64,000 bases of DNA, taken from positions 1,676 through 65,675 of the forward strand of contig NEEC01000149.1 in assembly GCA_002189035.1 (NCBI GenBank). Reading direction: 5' to 3'. The translations under genes were made by a program, and so were the position numbers. Source of the stretch: Utricularia gibba (taxonomy: Eukaryota > Plantae > Magnoliophyta). Position 1 is the first letter of the stretch; every line of letters begins with the position of its first letter. Of the stretch, positions 13,451 through 25,001 are shown piece by piece. The notes under the pieces were generated by a model. That model saw only the letters and a program-made list of their open reading frames with translations, made no database searches and had not been told where the DNA came from.

Positions 13451-14869
13451 GTTTTTCAAGGAACAACTTCTCATTTTGTGGCGGCCAGTCTCGCTGGGAA
13501 CTTGGTCCTTGACCCCGATTATGTATTGCTCATGAGGTCAACCGGATGCAAATCGATTAAAAAAAAATGATGCCTTTGTTTAAATTACGATATCACGTGC
13601 ACCCCACATGATTTTTTCAACAACTTGCTTTATACTTGTGAGGCGGTCTTGGGGTGCACCTGGAACGGACAAAGGTCAGGTTGGCTTGCGCCGAGAGTTA
13701 GTTGTAACCGGCAAATAAAGTGATGTATTTATTAACGTTCAGTTTTCGGGGGCTGCCTACATGGTTTTTCAAGGAACAGCTTCTCGTTTTGTGGCGGCCA
13801 GTCTCGCTGGGAACTTGGTCCTTGACCCCGATTCTGTATGGCTCATGAGGTCAACCGGATGCAAATCGATTAAAAAAATGATGCCTTTGTTTAAATTACG
13901 ATATCACGTGCACCCCACATGATTTTTTCAACAACTTACTTTATACTTGAGGAGGCGGTCTTGGGGTGCACCTAGAACGGGACAAAGGTCAGGTTTGGCT
14001 TGCGCCGAGAGTTAGTTGTAGCCGGCAAATAAAGTGATGTATTTATTAACGTTCAGTTTTTGGGGGCTGCCTACATGGTTTTTCAAGAACAGCTTCTCGT
14101 TTTGTGGCGGCCAGTCTCGCTGGGAACTTGGTCCTGGACCCCGATTCTGTATGGCTCATGAGGTCAACCGGATGGAAATCGATTAAAAAATGATGCCTTT
14201 CTTTAAATTACGATATCACGTGCACCCACATGATTTTTTCAACAACTTACTTTATACTTGAGGAGGCGGTCTTGGGGTGCACCTAGAACGGGACAAAGGT
14301 CAGGTTTGGCTTGCGCCGAGAGTTAGTTGTAGCTCGGCAAATAAAGTGATGTATTTATTAACGTTCAGTTTTCGGGGGCCCTACATGGTTTTTCAAGGAA
14401 CAGCTTCTCATTTGTGGCGGCCAGTCTCGCTGGGAACTTGGTCCTTGACCCCGATTCTGTATGGCTCATGAGGTCAACCGGATGCAAATCGATTAAAAAA
14501 ATGATGCTTTTGTTTAAATTACGATATCACGTGCACCCCACATGATTTTTTCAACAACTTACTTTATACTTGAGGAGGCGGTCTTGGGGTGCACCTAGAA
14601 CGGGACAAAGGTCAGGTTTGGCTTGCGCCGAGAGTTAGTTGTAGCTCGGAAAATAAAGTGATGTATTTATTAACGTTCAGTTTTCGGGGGCTGCCTACAT
14701 GGTTTTTCAAGGAACAGCTTCTCGTTTTGTGGCGGCCAGTCTCGCTGGGAACTTGGTCCTTGACCCGATTATGTATGCTCATGAGGTCAACCGGATGCAA
14801 ATCGATTAAAAAATGATGCCTTTGTTTAAATTACGATATCACGTGCACCCCACATGATTTTTCAACAAC
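13451..14869. repeat. Short run (~4.5 units) of consensus-type monomers between the HOR and the HOR island
   Basis: No type-II heads. Monomers at ~13945, 14258 and 14570 match the downstream homogeneous consensus. A few A/B markers persist at 13520-13715. Confidence 0.85.
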
Positions 14870-17180
14870 TTGCTTTATACTTGTGGAGGCGGTCTTGGGG
14901 TGCACCTGGAACGGGACAAAGGTCAGGTTTGGCTTGCGCCGAAAGTTAGTTGTAACACGGCAAATAAAGTGATATATTTATTAACGTTCAGTTTTCGGGG
15001 GCTGCCTACATGGTTTTTCAAGGAACAGCTTCTTGTTTTTGTGGCGGCCAGTCTCGCTGGGAACTTGGTCCTTGACCCCGATTATGTATGGCTCGTGAGG
15101 TCAACCGGATGCAATTCGATGAATACAATAATGCATTTGTTTAAATTACGATATCACGTGCACCCTACATGATTTTTTCAACAACTTACTTTATACTTGA
15201 GGAGGCGGTCTTGGGGGGCAAGAGGAACCGGACAAAGGTCAGCTTAGGCTTGGGCCGAAAGTAAGTTGTAGCCGGCAAAATGTGATGTATTTATTAACGT
15301 TCAGTTTTCGGGGGCTGCCTATGGTTTTTCAAGGAACAGCTTCTCGTTTTTGGCGGCCAGTCTCGTTGGGAACTTGGTCCTTGACCCCGATTCTGTATGG
15401 CTCATGGGGTCAACCGGATGCAAATCGATTAAAAAAATGATGCATTTGTTTAAATTACGATATCACGTGCACCCACATGATTTTTTCAACAACTTACTTT
15501 ATACTTGAGGAGGTGGTCTTGGGGGCAAGAGGAACGGACAAAGGTCAGCATAGGCTTGGCCGAAGTAAGTTGTAGCCCGGCAAAGAAAAGTGATGTATTT
15601 ATTAACGTTCGGTTTTCGGGGGCCAACATGGTTTTTAAGGAACAGCTTCTCGTTTTGTGGCGGCCTGTATCGCAAGGAACTTGGTCCGGGCCCGATTCTT
15701 TATGGCTCATGAGGACAAAAGGATGCAAATCGATGAAGAAATGATGCATTTGTTTAAATTACGATATCACGTGCACCCTACATGATTTTTTTAAACAACT
15801 TACTTTATAATTGAGGAGGCGGTCTTGGGGGCAAGAGGAACCGGACAAAGGTCAGCTTAGGCTTGGGCCGAAAGTAAGTTGTAGCCGGCAAATAAAGTGA
15901 TAAATTTATTAAAGTTCAGTTTTCGGGGGCTGCCTACATGGTTTTCAAGGAACAGCTTCTCGTTTTGTGGCGGCCAGTCTCGCTGGGAACTTGGTCCTTG
16001 ACCCGATTATGTATGGCTCATGAGGTCAACCGGATGCAAATCGATTAAAAAAAATGATGCCTTTGTTTAAATTACGATATCACGTGCACCCCACATGATT
16101 TTTTCAACAAATTACTTTATACTTAGGGAGGCGGTCTTGGGGTGCACCTAGAACGGGACAAAGGTCAGGTTTTGCTTGCCCGAGAGTTAGTTGTAGCCCG
16201 GCAAATAAAGTGATGTATTTATTAACGTTCAGTTTTCGGGGGCTGCCTACATGGTTTTTCAGGAACAGCTTCTCGTTTTGTGGCGGCCAGTCTCGCTGGG
16301 AACTTGGTCCTTGACCCCGATTATGTATTGCTCATGAGGTCAACCGGATGCAAATCGATGAAAACAATGATGCATTTGTTTAATTACGATATGACGTGCA
16401 CCCCACATGATTTTTTCAACAACTTGCTTTATACTTGTGGAGGCGGTCTTGGGGTGCACCTGGAACGCGACAAAGGTCAGGTTTGGCTTGCGCCGAGAGT
16501 TAGTTGTAACACGGCAAATAAAGTGATATATTTATTAACGTTCAGTTTTCGGGGGCTGCCTACATTTTTTCAAGGAACAGCTTCTTGTTTTTGTGGCGGC
16601 CAGTCTCGCTGGGAACTTGGTCCTTGACCCCGATTATGTATGGCTCATGAGGTCAACCGGATGCAATTGATGAAACAAATGATGCATTTGTTTAAATTAC
16701 GATATCACGTGCACCCTACATGATTTTTTCAACAACTTACTTTATACTTGAGGAGGCGGTCTTGGGGCAAGAGGAACCGGACAAAGGTCAGCTTTGGCTT
16801 GGGCCGAAAGTAAGTTGTAGCCCGGCAAAATGTGATGTATTTATTAACGTTCGGTTTTGGGGGCTGCCTACATGGTTTTTCAAGGAACAGCTTCTCGTTT
16901 TTGGCGGCCAGTCTCGCTGGGAACTTGGTCCTTGACCCCGATTCTGTATGGCTCATGAGGTCAACCGGATGCAAATCGATGAAAAAAATGATGCATTTGT
17001 TTAAATTACGATATCACGTGCACCCACATGATTTTTTCAACAACTTACTTTATACTTGAGGAGGCGGTCTTGGGGGCAAGAGGAACGGACAAAGGTCAGG
17101 TTTGGCTTGGCCGAGAGTTAGTTGTAGCCCGGCAAAAAAAGTGATGTATTTATTAACGTTCAGTTTTCGGGGTTGCCAAC
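14870..17180. repeat. HOR island: B-C-D-E-A-B-C-D' with partly eroded diagnostic variants
   Basis: B heads at 14879 and 16433, D markers at ~15510-15730, E at ~15810, A head at 16121. The last HOR marker is 'ttgccaac' at ~17173-17180. Confidence 0.9.
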
Positions 17181-20100
17181 ATGGTTTTTCAAGGAACAGC
17201 TTCTCGTTTTGTGGCGGCCAGTCTCGCTGGAACTTGGTCCTTGACCCGATTCTGTATGGCTCATGAGGTCAACCGGATGCAAATCGATTAAAAAAAATGA
17301 TGCCTTTGTTTAAATTACGATATCACGTGCACCCCACATGATTTTTTCAACAACTTACTTTATACTTGAGGAGGCGGTCTTGGGGTGCACCTGGAACGGG
17401 ACAAAGGTCAGGTTTGGCTTGCGCCGAGAGTTAGTTGTAGCGGAAATAAAGTGATGTATTTATTAACGTTCAGTTTTCGGGGGCTGCCTACATGGTTTTT
17501 CAAGGAACAGCTTCTCGTTTTGTGGCGGCCAGTCTCGCTGGGAACTTGGTCCTTGACCCGATTATGTATGCTCATGAGGTCAACCGATTCGATTAAAAAT
17601 GATGCCTTTGTTTAAATTACGATATCACGTGCACCCCACATGATTTTTTCAACAACTTACTTTATACTTGAGGAGGCGGTCTTGGGGTGCACCTAGAACG
17701 GGACAAAGGTCAGGTTTGGCTTGCGCCGAGAGTTAGTTGTAGCTCGGCAAATAAAGTGATGTATTTATTAACGTTCAGTTTTTGGGGGCTGCCTACATGG
17801 TTTTTCAAGGAACAGCTTCTCGTTTTGTGGCGGCCAGTCTCGCTGGGAACTTGGTCCTTGACCCCGATTCTGTATGGCTCATGAGGTCAACCGGATGGAA
17901 ATCGATTAAAGAAAATGATGCTTTCTTTAAATTACGATATCACGTGCACCCACATGATTTTTTCAACAACTTACTTTATACTTGAGGAGGCGGTCTTGGG
18001 GTGCACCTAGAACGGGACAAAGGTCAGGTTTGGCTTGCCGAGAGTTAGTTGTAGCTCGGAAAAATAAAGTGATGTATTTATTAACGTTCAGTTTTCGGGG
18101 GCTGCTACATGGTTTTTCAAGGAACAGCTTCTCGTTTTTGTGGCGGCCAGTCTCGCTGGGAACTTGGTCCTTGACCCCGATTATGTATGGCTCATGAGGT
18201 CAACCGGATGCAAATCGATTAAAAAAATGATGCCTTTGTTTAAATTACGATATCACGTGCACCCCACATGATTTTTTCAACAACTTACTTTATACTTGAG
18301 GAGGCGGTCTTGGGGTGCACCTGGAACGGGACAAAGGTCAGGTTTGGCTTGCGCCGAGAGTTAGTTGTAGCTCGGAAAAATAAAGTGATGTATTTATTAA
18401 CGTTCAGTTTTTCGGGGGCTGCCTACATGGTTTTTCAAGGAACAGCTTCTCGTTTTGTGGCGGCCAGTCTCGCTGGAAACTTGGTCCTTGACCCCGATTC
18501 TGTATGGCTCATGAGGTCAACCGGATGCAAATCGATTAAAAAAATGATGCTTTTGTTTAAATTACGATATCACGTGCACCCACATGATTTTTTCAACAAC
18601 TTACTTTATACTTGAGGAGGCGGTCTTGGGGTGCACCTAGAACGGGACAAAGGTCAGGTTTGGCTTGCGCCGAGAGTTAGTTGTAGCTCGGCAAAATAAA
18701 GTGATGTATTTATTAACGTTCAGTTTTTGGGGGCTGCCTACATGGTTTTTCAAGGAACAGCTTCTCGTTTTGTGGCGGCCAGTCTCGCTGGGAACTTGGT
18801 CCTTGACCCCGATTCTGTATGGCTCATGAGGTCAACCGGATGCAAATCGATTAAAAAAAATGATGCCTTTGTTTAAATTACGATATCACGTGCACCCCAC
18901 ATGATTTTTTCAACAACTTACTTTATACTTGAGGAGGCGGTCTTGGGGTGCACCTAGAACGGGACAAAGGTCAGGTTTGGCTTGCGCCGAGAGTTAGTTG
19001 TAGCTCGGCAAATAAAGTGATGTATTTATTAACGTTCAGTTTTTGGGGGCTGCCTACATGGTTTTTCAAGGAACAGCTTCTCGTTTTTGGCGGCCAGTCT
19101 CGCTGGGAACTTGGTCCTTGACCCCGATTATGTATTGCTCATGAGGTCAACCGGATGCAAATTGATTAAAAAAAATGATGCCTTTTTTAAATTACGATAT
19201 CACGTGCACCCCACATGATTTTTTCAACAACTTACTTTATACTTGAGGAGGCGGTCTTGGGGTGCACCTAGAACGGGACAAAGGTCAGGTTTGGCTTGCG
19301 CCGAGAGTTAGTTGTAGCTCGGAAAATAAAGTGATGTATTTATTAACGTTCAGTTTTCGGGGGCTGCCTACATGGTTTTTCAAGGAACAGCTTCTCGTTT
19401 TGTGGCGGCCAGTCTCGCTGGGAACTTGGTCCTTGACCCCGATTCTGTATGGCTCATGAGGTCAACCGGATGCAAATCGATTAAAAAAATGATGCCTTTG
19501 TTTAAATTACGATATCACGTGCACCCCACATGATTTTTTCAACAACTTACTTTATACTTGAGGAGGCGGTCTTGGGGTGCACCTAGAACGGGACAAAGGT
19601 CAGGTTTGGCTTGCGCCGAGAGTTAGTTGTAGCTCGGCAAAATAAAGTGATGTATTTTTAACGTTCAGTTTTTGGGGGCTGCCTACATGGTTTTTAAGGA
19701 ACAGCTTCTCGTTTTGTGGCGGCCAGTCTCGCTGGGAACTTGGTCCTTGACCCCGATTCTGTATGGCTCATGAGGTCAACCGGATGCAAATCGATTAAAA
19801 AAATGATGCCTTTGTTTAATTACGATATCACGTGCACCCCACATGATTTTTTCAACAACTTACTTTATACTTGAGGAGGCGGTCTTGGGGTGCACCTAGA
19901 ACGGGACAAAGGTCAGGTTTGGCTTGCGCCGAGAGTTAGTTGTAGCTCGGCAAATAAAGTGATGTATTTATTAACGTTCAGTTTTCGGGGGCTGCCTACA
20001 TGGTTTTTCAAGGAACAGCTTCTCGTTTTGTGGCGGCCAGTCTCGCTGGGAACTTGGTCCTTGACCCGATTCTGTATGGCTCATGAGGTCAACCGGATGC

Positions 20101-21727
20101 AAATCGATTAAAAAAATGATGCCTTTGTTTAAATTACGATATCACGTGCACCCCACATGATTTTTTCAACAACTTACTTTATACTTGAGGAGGCGGTCTT
20201 GGGGTGCACCTAGAACGGGACAAAGGTCAGGTTTGGCTTGCGCCGAGAGTTAGTTGTAGCTCGGCAAATAAAGTGATGTATTTATTAACGTTCAGTTTTT
20301 GGGGGCTGCCTACATGGTTTTTCAAGGAACAGCTTCTCGTTTTGTGGCGGCCAGTCTCGCTGGGAACTTGGTCCTTGACCCCGATTCTGTATGGCTCATG
20401 AGGTCAACCGGATGCAAATCGATTAAAGAAAATGATGCCTTTCTTTAAATTACGATATCACGTGCACCCACATGATTTTTCAACAACTTACTTTATACTT
20501 GAGGAGGCGGTCTTGGGGTGCACCTAGAACGGGACAAAGGTCAGGTTTGGCTTGCGCCGAGAGTTAGTTGTAGCTCGGCAAATAAAGTGATGTATTTATT
20601 AACGTTCAGTTTTCGGGGTGCCTACATGGTTTTTCAAGGAACAGCTTCTCGTTTTGTGGCGGCCAGTCTCGCTGGGAACTTGGTCCTTGACCCCGATTCT
20701 GTATGGCTCATGAGGTCAACCGGATGCAAATTGATTAAAAAAAATGATGCTTTTGTTTAAATTACGATATCACGTGCACCCCACATGATTTTTTCAACAA
20801 CTTACTTTATACTTGAGGAGGCGGTCTTGGGGTGCACCTAGAACGGGACAAAGGTCAGGTTTGGCTTGCGCCGAGAGTTAGTTGTAGCTCGGAAAATAAA
20901 GTGATGTATTTATTAACGTTCAGTTTTCGGGGGCTGCCTACATGGTTTTTCAAGGAACAGCTTCTCGTTTTGTGGCGGCCAGTCTCGCTGGGAACTTGGT
21001 CCTTGACCCCGATTATGTATGGCTCATGAGGTCAACCGGATGCAAATTGATTAAAAAAAATGATGCCTTTGTTTAAATTACGATATCACGTGCACCCCAC
21101 ATGATTTTTTCAACAACTTACTTTATACTTGAGGAGGCGGTCTTGGGGTGCACCTAGAACGGGACAAAGGTCAGGTTTGGCTTGCGCCGAGAGTTAGTTG
21201 TAGCTCGGCAAATAAAGTGATGTATTTATTAACGTTCAGTTTTTGGGGGCTGCCTACATGGTTTTTCAAGGAACAGCTTCTCGTTTTGTGGCGGCCAGTC
21301 TCGCTGGGAACTTGGTCCTTGACCCCGATTCTGTATGGCTCATGAGGTCAACCGGATGCAAATCGATTAAAAAATGATGCCTTTGTTTAAATTACGATAT
21401 CACGTGCACCCACATGATTTTTTCAACAACTTACTTTATACTTGAGGAGGCGGTCTTGGGGTGCACCTAGAACGGGACAAAGGTCAGGTTTGGCTTGCGC
21501 CGAGAGTTAGTTGTAGCTCGGCAAAATAAAGTGATGTATTTATTAACGTTCAGTTTTTGGGGGCTGCCTACATGGTTTTTCAAGGAACAGCTTCTCGTTT
21601 TGTGGCGGCCAGTCTCGCTGGGAACTTGGTCCTTGACCCCGATTCTGTATGGCTCATGAGGTCAACCGGATGCAAATTGATTAAAAAAATGATGCCTTTG
21701 TTTAAATTACGATATCACGTGCACCCC

Positions 21728-22042
21728 ACATGATTTTTTCAACAACTTACTTTATACTTGAGGAGGCGGTCTTGGGGTGCACCTAGAACGGGACAAAGGT
21801 CAGGTTTGGCTTGCGCCGAGAGTTAGTTGTAGCTCGGCAAATAAAGTGATGTATTTATTAACGTTCAGTTTTCGGGGGCTGCCTACATGGTTTTTCAAGG
21901 AACAGCTTCTCGTTTTGTGGCGGCCAGTCTCGCTGGGAACTTGGTCCTTGACCCCGATTCTGTATGGCTCATGAGGTCAACCGGATGCAAATCGATTAAA
22001 AAAATGATGCCTTTGTTTAAATTACGATATCACGTGCACCCC
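21728..22042. repeat. Reference monomer split into two homologous subunits (21728-21884, 157 bp; 21885-22042, 158 bp)
   Basis: Both halves start with acatg(a/g)ttttt. A one-gap hand alignment gives ~85/157 identities. Confidence 0.85.
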
Positions 22043-24830
22043 ACATGATTTTTTCAACAACTTACTTTATACTTGAGGAGGCGGTCTTGGGGTGCACCTA
22101 GAACGGGACAAAGGTCAGGTTTGGCTTGCGCCGAGAGTTAGTTGTAGCTCGGCAAATAAAGTGATGTATTTATTAACGTTCAGTTTTTTGGGGGCTGCCT
22201 ACATGGTTTTTCAAGGAACAGCTTCTCGTTTTGTGGCGGCCAGTCTCGCTGGGAACTTGGTCCTTGACCCCGATTCTGTATGGCTCATGAGGTCAACCGG
22301 ATGCAAATTGATTAAAAAAATGATGCTTTCTTTAAATTACGATATCACGTGCACCCACATGATTTTTTCAACAACTTACTTTATACTTGAGGAGGCGGTC
22401 TTGGGGTGCACCTAGAACGGGACAAAGGTCAGGTTTGGCTTGCGCCGAGAGTTAGTTGTAGCTCGGCAAATAAAGTGATGTATTTATTAACGTTCAGTTT
22501 TCGGGGGCTGCCTACATGGTTTTTCAAGGAACAGCTTCTCGTTTTGTGGCGGCCAGTCTCGCTGGGAACTTGGTCCTTGACCCCGATTCTGTATGGCTCA
22601 TGAGGTCAACCGGATGCAAATCGATTAAAAAAATGATGCCTTTGTTTAAATTACGATATCACGTGCACCCCACATGATTTTTTCAACAACTTACTTTATA
22701 CTTGAGGAGGCGGTCTTGGGGTGCACCTAGAACGGGACAAAGGTCAGGTTTGGCTTGCGCCGAGAGTTAGTTGTAGCTCGGCAAAAAAAGTGATGTATTT
22801 ATTAACGTTCAGTTTTGGGGGCTGCCTACATGGTTTTTCAAGGAACAGCTTCTCGTTTTGTGGCGGCCAGTCTCGCTGGGAACTTGGTCCTTGACCCCGA
22901 TTCTGTATGGCTCATGAGGTCAACCGGATGCAAATTGATTAAAAAAATGATGCCTTTGTTTAAATTACGATATCACGTGCACCCCACATGATTTTTTCAA
23001 CAACTTACTTTATACTTGAGGAGGCGGTCTTGGGGTGCACCTAGAACGGGACAAAGGTCAGGTTTGGCTTGCGCCGAGAGTTAGTTGTAGCTCGGCAAAT
23101 AAAGTGATGTATTTATTAACGTTCAGTTTTTGGGGGCTGCCTACATGGTTTTTCAAGGAACAGCTTCTCGTTTTGTGGCGGCCAGTCTCGCTGGGAACTT
23201 GGTCCTTGACCCCGATTCTGTATGGCTCATGAGGTCAACCGGATGCAAATTGATTAAAAAAATGATGCCTTTGTTTAAATTACGATATCACGTGCACCCC
23301 ACATGATTTTTTCAACAACTTACTTTATACTTGAGGAGGCGGTCTTGGGGTGCACCTAGAACGGGACAAAGGTCAGGTTTGGCTTGCGCCGAGAGTTAGT
23401 TGTAGCTCGGCAAATAAAGTGATGTATTTATTAACGTTCAGTTTTTGGGGGCTGCCTACATGGTTTTTCAAGGAACAGCTTCTCGTTTTGTGGCGGCCAG
23501 TCTCGCTGGGAACTTGGTCCTTGACCCCGATTATGTATGGCTCATGAGGTCAACCGGATGCAAATCGATTAAAAAAATGATGCCTTTGTTTAAATTACGA
23601 TATCACGTGCACCCCACATGATTTTTTCAACAACTTACTTTATACTTGGGAGGCGGTCTTGGGTGCACCTAGAACGGGACAAAGGTCAGGTTTGGCTTGC
23701 GCCGAGAGTTAGTTGTAGCTCGGAAAATAAAGTGATGTATTTATTAACGTTCAGTTTTCGGGGGCTGCCTACATGGTTTTTCAAGGAACAGCTTCTCGTT
23801 TTGTGGCGGCCAGTCTCGCTGGGAACTTGGTCCTTGACCCCGATTCTGTATGGCTCATGAGGTCAACCGGATGCAAATCGATTAAAAAAATGATGCCTTT
23901 CTTTTAAATTACGATATCACGTGCACCCCACATGATTTTTTCAACAACTTACTTTATACTTGAGGAGGCGGTCTTGGGGTGCACCTAGAACGGGACAAAG
24001 GTCAGGTTTGGCTTGCGCCGAGAGTTAGTTGTAGCTCGGCAAATAAAGTGATGTATTTATTAACGTTCAGTTTTCGGGGGCTGCCTACATGGTTTTTCAA
24101 GGAACAGCTTCTCGTTTTGTGGCGGCCAGTCTCGCTGGGAACTTGGTCCTTGACCCCGATTCTGTATGGCTCATGAGGTCAACCGGATGCAAATCGATTA
24201 AAAAAAATGATGCCTTTGTTTAAATTACGATATCACGTGCACCCCACATGATTTTTTCAACAACTTACTTTATACTTGAGGAGGCGGTCTTGGGGTGCAC
24301 CTAGAACGGGACAAAGGTCAGGTTTGGCTTGCGCCGAGAGTTAGTTGTAGCTCGGCAAATAAAGTGATGTATTTATTAACGTTCAGTTTTTGGGGGCTGC
24401 CTACATGGTTTTTCAAGGAACAGCTTCTCGTTTTGTGGCGGCCAGTCTCGCTGGGAACTTGGTCCTTGACCCCGATTCTGTATGGCTCATGAGGTCAACC
24501 GGATGGAAAATCGATTAAAAAAATGATGCCTTTTTTAAATTACGATATCACGTGCACCCCACATGATTTTTTCAACAACTTACTTTATACTTGAGGAGGC
24601 GGTCTTGGGGTGCACCTAGAACGGGACAAAGGTCAGGTTTGGCTTGCGCCGAGAGTTAGTTGTAGCTCGGCAAATAAAGTGATGTATTTATTAACGTTCA
24701 GTTTTCGGGGGCTGCCTACATGGTTTTTCAAGAAACAGCTTCTCGTTTTGTGGCGGCCAGTCTCGCTGGGAACTTGGTCCTTGACCCCGATTCTGTATGG
24801 CTCATGAGGTCAACCGGATGCAAATCGATT

Positions 24831-25001
24831 TTGTGAGCGGCCAGTCTCTTGCTAAAACGTTGGTCCTTGACCCCGATTCTGTACATGGCTCATGAGGTCA
24901 ACCGGATGCAAATCATGATTAAAAAATACTTGCATTACTTTAAAGGACGATCTTGGCACACACCCCACAACGGACAAAGGTAACTTACTTTGCGCCGAGA
25001 G
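24831..25001. other. Aberrant segment: ~85-bp internal duplication followed by a two-register mosaic of the monomer
   Basis: The monomer spacing here is 405 bp (24610 to 25015). The sequence jumps back from atcgatt to ttgtg(a)gcggcc and is then composed of interleaved monomer fragments. Confidence 0.8.

Noticed and set aside
21905-21925. CENP-B-box-like motif in cttctcgttttgtggcggcc
   Set aside because: It fails several of the essential positions of NTTCGNNNNANNCGGGN.
21728-22042. Further ~78-bp sub-subunit periodicity
   Set aside because: Only 4-5-base matches (atgg/tggc) were found, not distinguishable from chance.
19262-24800. Possible 2-mer or other HOR in the homogeneous domain (ttttc/ttttt alternation; gatgg, aaagaa, tttcttt markers)
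   Set aside because: The alternation breaks down within a few units and marker spacings are irregular. No stable period was found by eye; a computational decomposition could revisit this.
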